Shown: piece after piece, positions 8,464-18,688 of the stretch
Layout: every line of letters begins with the position of its first letter
How positions within the stretch are numbered: the first letter of the stretch is position 1
From: an uncultured bacterium
GTDB taxonomy: Bacteria; Lernaellota; Lernaellaia; Lernaellales; Lernaellaceae
Direction of reading: 5' to 3'
Length of the DNA: 57,401 nucleotides
NCBI GenBank assembly: GCA_964534375.1
Contig: CAZHPN010000010.1
Span: 1-57,401 of the forward strand
The notes under the pieces: generated by a model
Told to the model about the DNA's origin: nothing
Database searches by the model: none
What the model saw: the letters and a program-made list of their open reading frames with translations, nothing else
Program-made: the position numbers and the translations under genes

Positions 8464-9534
8464 GTGTTTGCACTGGCGATCGAAACGGCGATGGTTCTGC
8501 TCGTCCTGTGCGGGTTGGCGGCGACGCGACCGGTCGGAAAAAGTACCAGAGCATGGCGGAACCGGCGCCGGCAAACCGCCGCCGGCGTCGCCCGCTTGGC
8601 GCCGCCGTCTCTGCCGCCCGCCGCCGCCTTGCGGCGCGGGCAAGCGTCCGGGGCGCCTTCGGCCCGCGAGGCGGGGCGGGATCGCCGCCGCCGTCATTTG
8701 GTCAACGCGCCGCCGCGGTCGCAGCCGGACGGAAAGAACCCGCCGGCCGGAGCCGGCCCGTTGCCGCCCAGGACCGGTGCGGCGGCCGACGCCGAGACCG
8801 AGCGGCGCCGCGAGGCGCTGGAGCGCACGTTTTTTCACGACGTGCTCAACACGGCCAGCGGGATTCAGGGGTTGTTGACATTGATGGCGAGCGACGACGC
8901 GGCTCCCGACAAGGCGGCGGTGCGGCGCGTCTTGAAGCTGTCGAATGCGCTGATCGGCGAGATCAAAAGCCACCGGCAATTGCTGGCCGGCGAACGAAAT
9001 GAATTGACTCAGAAGCCGGTGACGTTTGCGCTGGACGATGTGCTGCGCGACTTGGTGGAAATCTACGAAAAACAAACGGTCGGCCGCGACAAATCGATCG
9101 TTCTGGACGTCGTTGCGCCGACGGCAATGCAGACCGACCGGACGCTGCTCTCGCGGGTCGTCGGCAATCTCGTCAAAAATGCGCTCGAGGCGACACCGCG
9201 GCACGGTCGGATCGCCATAACGGCGCGGCCGGAGGACGACGACGTGGTAATTTGCGTGCGCAACGACGCCGTGCTGGACGAGGCGACGCGGGCGCGACTC
9301 TTCCAGTCGTCGTTCAGCACCAAGGGTCCGGGTCGCGGCGTCGGACTCTGCAGCGTACGGCTCTTCACCGAACGTTTCCTCGGGGGCGCCGTCGCCTGCC
9401 GCAGCGCCGCGGGCGAGGGCACGCGCTTCGAGGTGCGCGTGCCGCGGGTATTGGAGCCGCGCGCCTGGGGCGGGATACGCCAGGAATGGGCGGCGACGCA
9501 AGCCGGGATGCCGTTTCAATGTGGACGAAGCTAG
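8464..9534 (+). CDS. sensor histidine kinase (HisKA + HATPase_c)
   Basis: H-box FFHDVLN, N-box NLVKNALEA, FSTKGPGRGVGL, GEGTRF; SD AGGAG before GTG 8464. Confidence 0.85.
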   Translation: MFALAIETAMVLLVLCGLAATRPVGKSTRAWRNRRRQTAAGVARLAPPSLPPAAALRRGQASGAPSAREAGRDRRRRHLVNAPPRSQPDGKNPPAGAGPLPPRTGAAADAETERRREALERTFFHDVLNTASGIQGLLTLMASDDAAPDKAAVRRVLKLSNALIGEIKSHRQLLAGERNELTQKPVTFALDDVLRDLVEIYEKQTVGRDKSIVLDVVAPTAMQTDRTLLSRVVGNLVKNALEATPRHGRIAITARPEDDDVVICVRNDAVLDEATRARLFQSSFSTKGPGRGVGLCSVRLFTERFLGGAVACRSAAGEGTRFEVRVPRVLEPRAWGGIRQEWAATQAGMPFQCGRS

Positions 9535-9593
9535 CGAATAATAGGCGCTGTTCGCCGGCCCGATCGTTGGGCAATTGGCGTGAGGTTGCGGTG

Positions 9594-11678
9594 ATGCACA
9601 GACGGCTCCGCGCAGTTTTTTGGGCGTGCTGGTTCGCGGTTTTTGCGATCTCCTGCGCCAAACACGACGTCGTCGACCCGGCCGCCGAGACCGCGCCGGC
9701 CGCCGCGCGGCGGGTGCTGATCCTGCACACTTCCGACGAGCATTCACACCTGCTCGGCGTCGGCCCCGAGGTCGACGACTACCCGACGCCGCGCGCGGGA
9801 ACCGGCTTGCTGAAGGGCGGCGTGACGCGGCGGGCGACCGTGCTGCGGCGCGAACGGGAGTGGGCGGAGAGCCGCGGCATCCCGAGTCTGACAGTGTCGT
9901 CCGGCGACAATATGATGGGCACGCTGTTCCAGGCGAGCCTGGCGAAGGTTTCGGCCGATTATCGCGCCATGCAAATGCTCGGCTATGACGTCGCGACGTT
10001 CGGCAACCACGACGTCGAGCTCGGACCGCAATTTCTCGCGGCGACGTTGAAAGTTGCGTTCGATCACGGTGTGAAATTTCCGTTCGTCGCTTCCAATATT
10101 CACTTTACCGGGCGAGCGCCGGCGCCCGACTCGGCTGCGGCCGCCATGCTGTGCGAATCCGGCACGGATCGATCAAAACCGATGCAACGTTTGTTCATCA
10201 AGGAACTGCCGAATGGATTGCGCGTCGGTTTTCTCGGCGCAATGGGCGCCAACGCGGCCGTCGACGCGCCCGGGAAGGCGCCCGTGCATTTCTCGCTGCC
10301 GCCGTCGGGTGACGAGAACGACGTCAACGGCGTGCTGGCGGCGCTCTACGCCGAACTTACGCCGCTGGCGGCCCGTCTGCGCACGGTCGAACGCGCGGAC
10401 CTCGTGGTGCTGTTAGGCCATACCGGCGTCAATTTGACGGCGCCGGAGAAAGGCGAAAGCTGGCGCATCGCGGCAAACGTGCCGGGCATCGACGTGGTGC
10501 TCAGCGGCCACACGCATTTCCAACAAGCGCCGTTCGTCGTGCGCAACAAGAAGACCGGGCGGAAGGTGTTCGTCGCCGAACCCGGCTGCTACGGCAAGGC
10601 GGTCGGCCGCTATGTGTTCGCGGTGGGGCCCGGCGGCGTCACGCTCGATCCGGCGCGCGACGAGCATGGCTATTTCGCGCCGGTCGACGATACGAGTCCG
10701 CCGACCGACGCCGCGGCGTTCGGCTCGTTGTTCGACGAGTCGATTCGCTCGCTCGAAACCGACGAAGAATGGCCTGGCGCCGGCCGTTCGATGCTCGAAC
10801 GCACGGTGATCGACATCGAAGGCCGGCTGATCGTCAATCACACGCCCCCCACGGGCTATTTGTTCTTCCGCCCGCTCGGCGCGACGCGCTTCAATGTCAC
10901 GTTGAATCCGCAACCGGCGCACGAAAGCGGCATGCTGCGCCTGGCCGCCGACGCAGTGCTCGACGGCGCCGAGCGCGCCGCCGGCCCGACCACGGCCGCC
11001 GTCACCGCCGCCGGCGTGGTCCGCGACGGCATCTGGGAGGGTTACACGGGCCGCGTTTCACTGGCTGATGTGTTCCGCGTATTCGCGCTCGGCCAGTCGC
11101 CGGAGCGGCAGGGGCCGGATTACGCGACGCCCGGTTACCCCCTGACGCGTTTCGCCGTAAGCGGCTTCGAGTTGCTGCTTTTGCTGGAGGGCGGCCTGTA
11201 CTACTCGCAGACGATCGATTCGGATCGATTCCTGTTGCCGGCGGGCGTCAGCTTCGAATATTCGCCGAAGCTGTTGGGCGTGCCCGTGATCACCCGCCTG
11301 GCGATCAACGGCGACCGCGACGAGCCCGATCGCGCGACGACCGTGATTTTCGACTTGAAAAGGTCGCCGTGGACGCTGGGCTGGAAAATCAACCCGTTCA
11401 AGACCTATTACACGGTCGCCATGGACTCGTATTTGGCGTCGTTCGTAGCGGCGTCGGGGCTGATCAAGATGCGCGATCCGAGCAATCTGCGGCGCCTGTT
11501 CAAAACCCCCACGGAAGCCATCGTCCGGCGCGCGGACCGCAGCGAAGTCAAAGCCTTCGAGGCGCTGGCGGTGTTCATCGCCGAATTGTGCGCCAAAAAC
11601 CGCGGCTTCATTCCGGAGCGTTATGCCGAGCCGGACCCGGCGCGCGCAGTCGCGCGCCGGGCCGTGCCGAGCCGATGA
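9594..11678 (+). CDS. bifunctional metallophosphatase/5'-nucleotidase lipoprotein
   Basis: Lipobox AISC; LHTSDEHSH, SGDNMMGT, GNHD, GHTG, SGHTH motifs; C-terminal 5'-nucleotidase-like domain. Confidence 0.88.
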   Translation: MHRRLRAVFWACWFAVFAISCAKHDVVDPAAETAPAAARRVLILHTSDEHSHLLGVGPEVDDYPTPRAGTGLLKGGVTRRATVLRREREWAESRGIPSLTVSSGDNMMGTLFQASLAKVSADYRAMQMLGYDVATFGNHDVELGPQFLAATLKVAFDHGVKFPFVASNIHFTGRAPAPDSAAAAMLCESGTDRSKPMQRLFIKELPNGLRVGFLGAMGANAAVDAPGKAPVHFSLPPSGDENDVNGVLAALYAELTPLAARLRTVERADLVVLLGHTGVNLTAPEKGESWRIAANVPGIDVVLSGHTHFQQAPFVVRNKKTGRKVFVAEPGCYGKAVGRYVFAVGPGGVTLDPARDEHGYFAPVDDTSPPTDAAAFGSLFDESIRSLETDEEWPGAGRSMLERTVIDIEGRLIVNHTPPTGYLFFRPLGATRFNVTLNPQPAHESGMLRLAADAVLDGAERAAGPTTAAVTAAGVVRDGIWEGYTGRVSLADVFRVFALGQSPERQGPDYATPGYPLTRFAVSGFELLLLLEGGLYYSQTIDSDRFLLPAGVSFEYSPKLLGVPVITRLAINGDRDEPDRATTVIFDLKRSPWTLGWKINPFKTYYTVAMDSYLASFVAASGLIKMRDPSNLRRLFKTPTEAIVRRADRSEVKAFEALAVFIAELCAKNRGFIPERYAEPDPARAVARRAVPSR

Positions 11679-11730
11679 AAACCGCAAAGGAACGAGGACC
11701 GGCTTCGCTTCGGCATGACCGGAGTTTGGG

Positions 11731-11941
11731 ACCGCGAATTCACGCGAATGCACGCGAATGGAGATTGGCAGGAAAGGTGTTGGGAACCGCGAATGATCGT
11801 GCGTGCACGCGAAAGCATGTCACCTGTGCTTTTTCGCGTGAATTCGCGTGCATTGGCCGTTAGCTCTAGAAAATTCTGCGTTTCGGCGGATCAACTCGCA
11901 TTGCGTCTCATTAGTGTTTGCGGCCGTAATTTCGCGGTTAA
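11731..11941. repeat. nested inverted repeat of the 10-bp CACGCGAATG family
   Basis: accgcgaatt cacgcgaatg cacgcgaatg (11731-11760) with reverse copies ttcgcgtgaattcgcgtgcatt (~11833-11854) and ttcgcggtt (~11931-11939). Confidence 0.8.
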
Positions 11942-12045
11942 CCGGTGTTCGCCCGTCTTGACGCGACAAGCTCGACGGCATAGCAATATTATGTTCAAAG
12001 TTTACCGTTCCCGGAGATTCGACGAGGTTCGGGGCGGGCACGAAA

Positions 12046-13572
12046 ATGACGCCCGAAAACACGGGCAGGCGCGAGACCGCGAGCGGTATGGAAAAGTACG
12101 TTTGCAGCATCGATTTGGGCACCTCCACGGTCAAAGCCGCGTTGGTCGACGAACGCGGGACGATCGTCGGCCTGCAACGCAACGCCGTCCCGGCCGGCGA
12201 CGGCTCGCGCTTCGACGCGGCGAGCCATGCCCGCCTCGCGTGCGACGCCGTGCGCGAGGCGCTGGCGGCGGCGGGGATCGCGGCGGCGCAGGTCGAGGGC
12301 GTCGCGATTTCGAGCCAACGGGCGACGGTGGTCCCGATCGGCCGCGACGGCCGCCCGGCGGGCGACGCGATATCGTGGCAGAGCACGGATTGCGCGATCG
12401 CGATGGACCGTTTCGTCGAAGCGTTCGGCGCCGACCGGTTTCACGCCCTAACCGGGCTCCCGCCGAGTTGCTTGTGGTCTTGCGCCAAAATCCTCGGCCT
12501 GAAAACGAATGAGCCGGAACGTTTCGCCGCCACCGCGAAATTCGCGCTGTTGCACGACTACGTGCTGCGCGAACTCGGCGCGACGGATTTTTTCACCGAT
12601 CCGTCCAACGCTTCGCTGACCGGCCTGCTCGACCTGGGCACGCGCGCCTGGGCGCCGGATCTTTTGTCGGCCAGCGGTCTCGCCGCCGAGCGACTGCCGG
12701 TCATCGCGCCGCCGGGCGCACGGGCGGGCGGCATTTCGGCGTCGGCCGCCGCCGCAACCGGGCTGCTCGCCGGCACGCCGCTGTTCGTCGGCGGGGGCGA
12801 TCAGCAGTGCGCGGCGCTGGGCGCGGGCGTGGTCGCGCCGGGCGAAGCCGCGCTGTGCCTGGGCACCGCGGCGGTGGTCAGTTGCCCGATCCGCCGGCCG
12901 GCGCACGGCCAGGGCGTGTTCTGCACCGTGCATCTGCCGCCGGACGCCTGGGTGCTCGAAGGGATCCACAACGCCTACGGCGCCTCCATCGGCTGGGGCG
13001 CCAACGTGTTGTGCGCCGGGTCGCACGACGATCTCGAGGAACTGGCCGGCGCGGAGGCGCCCGGGCCCGAAGCGCCGTTCTTTCTGCCGTTTCTCGCCGG
13101 GATCGGCTCGCCGGATTTCGCCGGCGGCGTGAAGGGCGCGTTTTTCGGTCTGACGTTGGCGCACGGGCCGCGCGACCTCGCCGCGGCGACGCTGGAGGGA
13201 ATCGCCTTCGAGACGGAGCGTATTCTCGAGGCGATCGACGCCTACGTGCCGGTCCGCCGGCTGCGCATCATCGGCGGCGGCGCCAAGCTCGGGGCGACGA
13301 CCCGCACGTTGGCCGCCGTGTCCGGGCGCGAATTGCAGTTGAGCCCCATCGTCGAGGCGTCGCTGCTGGGCGCGGCGGCGATCGGCTGGGCCGGGGCGGG
13401 GCGGCATCGCGACCTGGCGGCGGCGGCGCAGGCGCTGTCGATCGCGGCGGAGCGGCCGTTGCGGCAGCCGGCCCGCCGTGGCGTTCGGGCGCGTTATGTG
13501 CAATATAAAAAGCTCGTCGAGGTCGTAAAACAAATCGCCAAGCCGGCGGACGCGCCGCCGGCGGAGCAGTGA
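12046..13572 (+). CDS. FGGY-family carbohydrate kinase (xylulokinase-like)
   Basis: IDLGTSTVKA, ISSQR, TDPSNASLTG, GGGDQQCAALG, LEGIAF motifs; alternative start 12088. Confidence 0.9.
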   Translation: MTPENTGRRETASGMEKYVCSIDLGTSTVKAALVDERGTIVGLQRNAVPAGDGSRFDAASHARLACDAVREALAAAGIAAAQVEGVAISSQRATVVPIGRDGRPAGDAISWQSTDCAIAMDRFVEAFGADRFHALTGLPPSCLWSCAKILGLKTNEPERFAATAKFALLHDYVLRELGATDFFTDPSNASLTGLLDLGTRAWAPDLLSASGLAAERLPVIAPPGARAGGISASAAAATGLLAGTPLFVGGGDQQCAALGAGVVAPGEAALCLGTAAVVSCPIRRPAHGQGVFCTVHLPPDAWVLEGIHNAYGASIGWGANVLCAGSHDDLEELAGAEAPGPEAPFFLPFLAGIGSPDFAGGVKGAFFGLTLAHGPRDLAAATLEGIAFETERILEAIDAYVPVRRLRIIGGGAKLGATTRTLAAVSGRELQLSPIVEASLLGAAAIGWAGAGRHRDLAAAAQALSIAAERPLRQPARRGVRARYVQYKKLVEVVKQIAKPADAPPAEQ

Positions 13573-13574
13573 CG

Positions 13575-15953
13575 ATGGCGCACGAACCGCTCGCCCACAT
13601 CGACGCCGCGGAACTGGACCGCATCCGTACGGAAGCGATCGATTTCGCCGGCGTCGGGTTGTACCGCTACAAATTCGACGGCGCCATTCTGTTCATCGAC
13701 AAAGGCGCGCTGCGGATTCTCGATCTGGCGGACAAGTATCCCGACCCGGCGGCGCTCGTCGGGACGGACATCTCGCGGCTGATCGAATACCGGGGCCCCC
13801 GCGAAACCCTGCGCAACCAACTGCGCCGCCACGGACACGTCCGCGATTTCGAATATCACTTTCGCACGCTGACGGGCGAGGACCGCTGGGCGCTGCACGA
13901 TTCGTACATCGTCAAAGACGCCAAGACCGGCGAGGAGGCGATTCAGGCGATCATCCGCGACATCACCGAACGCAAGCGGCACGAGGAAGCGCTGCGCGAG
14001 AGCGAGCAGCGCTGGGCGACGACGCTGGCGAGCATCGGCGACGGGGTGATCGCGACCGACGCCGAGGGCCGGATCGTGTTCATGAATCCGGTGGCGGAAT
14101 CGTTGACCGGCTGGCCGCTGGGCGAGGCGGTGCAGAAACCGGTGAGCGAGGTGTTCCGCATCGTCAACGAGCAAACGCGGCAGACGGTCGAAGACCCGGT
14201 GGCGCGCGTGCTCAAGGACGGGATGGTGGTCGGCCTCGCCAATCACACCGTGCTGCTGCGGAAGGACGGCGCGGACATTCCGATCGACGACAGCGGCGCG
14301 CCGATCAAGGACAAAGACGGTTGGACGACGGGCGTCGTGTTGGTCTTCCGCGGCATCTCGGAGCGCCGGCAAGCCGAAGAGGCGCTGCGGGCGAGCGAGG
14401 CGCGGTATCGCTCGTTGTTCGACAATATGACCGAGGGATTCGCGTATTGCCGGATGTTCTTCGAGAACGGCGAACCGGCGGATTTCGAATATCTCGCCGT
14501 CAACGCCGCGTTCGAGAAGCTTACGGGTTTGCGGAAGGTCGCCGGCAAACGGGTCTCGGAAGTCATTCCGGGCATTCGCGCGAGCAATCCGGAGTTGTTC
14601 GAATTCTACGGCCGGGCGGCGGCCGACGGAACCCAAGCGCGATTCGAGACCTTCGTCGAGCCGCTGGATATCTGGTTTTCCGTTTCGGTCTACGGCGCCG
14701 AAAAGGACCGTTTCGTCGCGGTGTTCGACAATATCACCGAACGCAAGCGGGCGGTTGACGCCCTGCGCCAGGCCCACGACGAACTCGAACAGCGGGTGCG
14801 CGAACGCACGACGGAACTGGCCAGACGCGCCGAGCAGTTGCGGGCGCTGGCCGCCGAACTGACCAACGCCGAAGAACGCGAACGCCGCCGGCTCGCCCAG
14901 GTCCTGCACGACCACCTGCAGCAACTGCTCGCCGGCGCCAAGTTCGCCTGCGCGACGATTCAGGTCGCGCCCGACGACGCGGCGACGCGCAAAGGGTTGG
15001 ACCAGGTCAAGGATCTGCTCGGCCAGGCGATCGACGCCTCGCGCTCGCTCACCGCCGAACTCTCGCCGCCGATTCTTTACGACGGCGGCTTGCCCGATGC
15101 GTTGAGTTGGCTGGCCCGCTGGATGCGCGAAAAACACGGTCTGGAAGTCGCGTTGGAAGTCGACGAGCGGGCAAACCCGCCGATCAATGTCCGCTTGCTG
15201 CTCTTTCAGGCGGCGCGCGAACTGCTGTTCAACGTGGTCAAACACGCCGGCGTGCAGCGCGCCGAACTGCGCCTGGAGCAAGCCGCCGGCGACCAACTCG
15301 CATTGATCGTCGCCGATCACGGCGCCGGTTTCCCGGCGCCACGGGATCCGGAACCGGAGAAAGCGGCCGGCGGCTTCGGTTTGTTCAATCTCCGCGAACG
15401 CCTGGAATGGATCGGCGGCCGATTGGAGGTCGCCAGCGTTCCCGGCGAAGGCGCGGCCGTTTCGGTTTGGGCGCCCGTCTACGCGGAGCGGCCGAACCGG
15501 CCGCGGTCCGAGGCGACGGCGCGATTTGACGAAACCGAAGCGCAGCCGGCGCTGGGCGCCTCGATCCGCGTGCTGATCGCCGACGATCATCGCATTGTGC
15601 GCGAAGGGCTGGCGCTGCTGCTGAATCAGGCGCCGGACATCGACGTCGTCGGGCAGGCCGAGAACGGCTGGCAGGCGGTCGAATTGACGCGCGACCTGCG
15701 GCCGGACGTCGTCTTGATGGATGTCACGATGCCCGTGCTCAACGGCGTCGAGGCGACGAAAATCATCGCCGCCGAGCGCCCGCGGTGCCGCGTCCTCGCC
15801 CTGTCGATGCACGACCAGGTCGAGATGGTGCAAGCGATGCGCGACGCGGGGGCGGCGGCCTACCTGGTGAAGGACGGCCCGCCCGACGCCTTGATCGACG
15901 CGATCCGCGGCGCCAATGTCGCGCCGAACGTCCGCAGTTCCGACGAAACCTGA
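13575..15953 (+). CDS. hybrid sensor kinase: 3 PAS + HisKA_3 + HATPase + receiver domain
   Basis: DITERK PAS ends; EERERRRLAQVLHDHLQQLL; ELLFNVVKHA; GFGLFNLRERL; IRVLIADDH...DVVLMD receiver. GTG 13569 overlaps the kinase stop. Confidence 0.93.
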   Translation: MAHEPLAHIDAAELDRIRTEAIDFAGVGLYRYKFDGAILFIDKGALRILDLADKYPDPAALVGTDISRLIEYRGPRETLRNQLRRHGHVRDFEYHFRTLTGEDRWALHDSYIVKDAKTGEEAIQAIIRDITERKRHEEALRESEQRWATTLASIGDGVIATDAEGRIVFMNPVAESLTGWPLGEAVQKPVSEVFRIVNEQTRQTVEDPVARVLKDGMVVGLANHTVLLRKDGADIPIDDSGAPIKDKDGWTTGVVLVFRGISERRQAEEALRASEARYRSLFDNMTEGFAYCRMFFENGEPADFEYLAVNAAFEKLTGLRKVAGKRVSEVIPGIRASNPELFEFYGRAAADGTQARFETFVEPLDIWFSVSVYGAEKDRFVAVFDNITERKRAVDALRQAHDELEQRVRERTTELARRAEQLRALAAELTNAEERERRRLAQVLHDHLQQLLAGAKFACATIQVAPDDAATRKGLDQVKDLLGQAIDASRSLTAELSPPILYDGGLPDALSWLARWMREKHGLEVALEVDERANPPINVRLLLFQAARELLFNVVKHAGVQRAELRLEQAAGDQLALIVADHGAGFPAPRDPEPEKAAGGFGLFNLRERLEWIGGRLEVASVPGEGAAVSVWAPVYAERPNRPRSEATARFDETEAQPALGASIRVLIADDHRIVREGLALLLNQAPDIDVVGQAENGWQAVELTRDLRPDVVLMDVTMPVLNGVEATKIIAAERPRCRVLALSMHDQVEMVQAMRDAGAAAYLVKDGPPDALIDAIRGANVAPNVRSSDET

Positions 15954-15998
15954 CGACGCGGCGGCGTCGCTGCGGTCGGCGAACGATTCACCTTGGCG

Positions 15999-16994
15999 AT
16001 GAGAGGTCGGGCAGTCTTGCTGCGAGCTTTGCGCGACAAATGCCGATCGGCCACGGGCGGCCGATGGAGCCTTCCGGCGGCGCGGGCGACGTTGTTTCTC
16101 GCGCTGCTGGCGGTGATCACGACGACGGCATATTTTCATTTGACCAGAATGGACAATGACAGTTCGGTGCTGGCCGTGATCTCCGGGCACGCCAAGCCGC
16201 CCGTGCAACATCGACCGCTGACGCCGGCCATCGTCGGCCTGGCCATTCGCAGCACATCCTGGAGCGTTTCGCGGGCCGAAATGTACGTGAATTTTGCCGC
16301 GATGATCGTCGCGTTCACCGTGTTTTTCCGCTACCTTCGACGCTTCTACGAGGCGCCCGAGGCCTGGATCGGCGTCTTGCTGTTGTCCTTGTCGCTGATT
16401 TGCGGCGCGCTGCAAAAGGTGGCGTACAGCGTCGGCGATCGGGGCGGCCGAATGCCGGCCGATTTGACGCAAGTCATGTTTTTCGTTGTGTTGCTGTGGG
16501 TCATTTTTTTCGAGCAAAAATGGCTGCTCTGGTATTTCCTGTTTGTTGCGGCAACGTTCAATCGGGAAACGACCGTCACGCTGATTCCGGTTCTCTTCCT
16601 GGCCTGGAAGGAAACGGCCGGCAAGGCGAGGGCGGCGCTGCATGGCGCGGCGTCCGTGGCGCTGTTCGCGGCGATCGAAGCGGGTTTGTTTTATTTGTAT
16701 CCGGGAAAATCCCACGAACGCGCCTATGTTTGGAACCTTGAAATCTGGCTGCACCCGTCTTTCCAGGCCATTCTTTCCCTGGCGATTGTGTTCGCCGGAA
16801 GCTGGTTGTTTCTCTCGCGGTTGAAAGCCCTTCCTCGGCAACAGCAGATCGCCTTGTGGTGCATCCCGCCTTATTTCGCCGCGATTGCACTGTGGGGATT
16901 GATCAACGAACTTCGCGTGTGGAATGAACTGTCCGTAGTTGTCATTCCGCTCGCGGTCGCCGGGATGCGCGGGCGCGTTCGCGCGGCAAATTGA
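15999..16994 (+). CDS. hypothetical polytopic membrane protein (possibly GT-C-like)
   Basis: About 8-9 hydrophobic segments; HRPLTP and FNRETT motifs. Confidence 0.65.
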   Translation: MRGRAVLLRALRDKCRSATGGRWSLPAARATLFLALLAVITTTAYFHLTRMDNDSSVLAVISGHAKPPVQHRPLTPAIVGLAIRSTSWSVSRAEMYVNFAAMIVAFTVFFRYLRRFYEAPEAWIGVLLLSLSLICGALQKVAYSVGDRGGRMPADLTQVMFFVVLLWVIFFEQKWLLWYFLFVAATFNRETTVTLIPVLFLAWKETAGKARAALHGAASVALFAAIEAGLFYLYPGKSHERAYVWNLEIWLHPSFQAILSLAIVFAGSWLFLSRLKALPRQQQIALWCIPPYFAAIALWGLINELRVWNELSVVVIPLAVAGMRGRVRAAN

Positions 16995-17088
16995 CAAGCG
17001 GCGCCGGAACATTACGTTCCTTCCGCGGCGCCTGTGCGGCCGGGAGGCCCGCGGGCGGCATGGATTCGCAAGGGGGGAGGCCGCGAAG

Positions 17089-18636
17089 ATGTCAGACAAG
17101 AACTTCAAATATATTGTGCTGGGCGCCGGGGTCGCGGGGGCGGCGGCAGTGGCCGGCATCCGCGAACGGGACGCCGAGTCGTCCGTGCTGCTGATCGGCG
17201 GCGAGGCCGTGCTGCCGTACGATCGCCCGCCGCTGTCGAAGCAACTCTGGTTCGGCAAAAAGACCCTGGAGCAGATTTTCGTGCACGATCGCGCGTGGTA
17301 CGCCAATCGCGGCGTCGCGCTGGCGCTCGGCGTGCGCATCGCCGCGCTCGACGCCGGCGACAAGACGCTGAGCGACGAGGAGGGAAACACCTATCGCTTC
17401 GAGAAACTGCTGCTGGCGACCGGCGGCTGGCCGCGCCGTTTGACGATTCCGGGCGGCGATTTGCCGGGGATTTCTTACTATCGCGATCTCGAGGACTACC
17501 GGCGATTGCGCGCGGCGGCGGGCGAGGGCAAAACGGCGATCGTGGTCGGCGGGGGCTTCATCGGCTCGGAGATGGCGGCCGCGCTGACGATCAACCGCAT
17601 CGCGACGACCGTGGTCTTTCCCGAGGCGACGCTGGCGGCGCGCGTGCTGCCGGATTTCCTGGGCCGGCGGATTCAGCGGCATTACGAAGAACGCGGCGCG
17701 ACGATTCTCGCCGGCGATCTGCCCTCGAGCATCGAGACGGAGAACGGCCGCTTCGCGATGATCACGCGAAACGGCAAACGCATCGTGGCCGATTTGCTGC
17801 TGGTCGGCGCCGGCATTGCGCCCGAGACGGGCCTTGCCGACGCGGCGGGGCTGCGCGTCGGCAACGGCGTGATCGTCAACGAATATCTGCAAACGACGTC
17901 GCCGGACATTTACGCCGCGGGCGACAATGCGTTCTTCCCGTACCACGCGCTGGGCAAGTCGATGCGCGTCGAGCATTGGGACAACGCGATCAATCAGGGC
18001 AAAGCGGCCGGCCGCAACATGGCCGGCGCGCACGAGCCGTATCGCTATCTGCCCTACTTTTTCTCGGACCTGTTCGACTTCGGGTACGAGGCCGTCGGCG
18101 ACATCGACCCGACGCTGCAAACCGTCGCGTCGTGGAAGAAGGAAAACGACACGGGCATCGTTTATTTCCTGAAAGACGGGCGGGTCCGCGGCGTGCTGCT
18201 GTGCAACGTCTGGGACCAGGTTCCCGCGGCGCGCGAGTTGATCGTGCGTGGGGAAACGTGGAATCCGGCGGAACTCTCCTACGCGATCGCCGGCGGCGGC
18301 GACGGCGCCAATCTGGCCGACGAGCATTGCGTGCGGCTGCCGGCCGACGCCGGCCCGTTGCCGGGCGCCGAAGCGTGCGCGCTCGCCGCCGGAGCGCCGA
18401 ACTGGAGAGTCACCGAACGCAGCATGGAGCGCGAGTTCCGCCTGCCGACGTTTCGGCGGGCGATCGAGTTTCTCAACGAAATGGCGACGCTGGCCGATTT
18501 GGAAGACCATCATCCGGATATCTGCAATTCGTACGACAAGGTGCGGGTGACGCTTTCCACGCATCAAGTCGGCGGCCTGTCGCGAAACGATTTTATTCTC
18601 GCGGCCAAAATCGATCGTTTGATCGCCGCCAAATAG
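17089..18636 (+). CDS. NAD(P)/FAD-dependent oxidoreductase (ferredoxin reductase/AIF-like) fused to C-terminal pterin-4a-carbinolamine dehydratase
   Basis: GAGVAG, PYDRPPLSK, GGGFIGSE, YAAGD, RVEHWDNA, PYFFSDLF; C-terminal EDHHPDI...THQVGGLSRNDFILAAKID (PCD signature). SD GGGGGGAGG. Confidence 0.9.
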   Translation: MSDKNFKYIVLGAGVAGAAAVAGIRERDAESSVLLIGGEAVLPYDRPPLSKQLWFGKKTLEQIFVHDRAWYANRGVALALGVRIAALDAGDKTLSDEEGNTYRFEKLLLATGGWPRRLTIPGGDLPGISYYRDLEDYRRLRAAAGEGKTAIVVGGGFIGSEMAAALTINRIATTVVFPEATLAARVLPDFLGRRIQRHYEERGATILAGDLPSSIETENGRFAMITRNGKRIVADLLLVGAGIAPETGLADAAGLRVGNGVIVNEYLQTTSPDIYAAGDNAFFPYHALGKSMRVEHWDNAINQGKAAGRNMAGAHEPYRYLPYFFSDLFDFGYEAVGDIDPTLQTVASWKKENDTGIVYFLKDGRVRGVLLCNVWDQVPAARELIVRGETWNPAELSYAIAGGGDGANLADEHCVRLPADAGPLPGAEACALAAGAPNWRVTERSMEREFRLPTFRRAIEFLNEMATLADLEDHHPDICNSYDKVRVTLSTHQVGGLSRNDFILAAKIDRLIAAK

Positions 18637-18688
18637 CTGTTGGGCAGCCTGGTCGCCGGATGGGCGACCCACGGAGGCGAACGGAGAA

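Noticed and set aside
13494..17390. 1298-aa minus-strand ORF and other long antisense ORFs (e.g. 26316-29246, 47483-49381, 22792-24645)
   Set aside because: Shadow frames of well-supported genes in GC-rich DNA; Arg/Ala-rich with no motifs.
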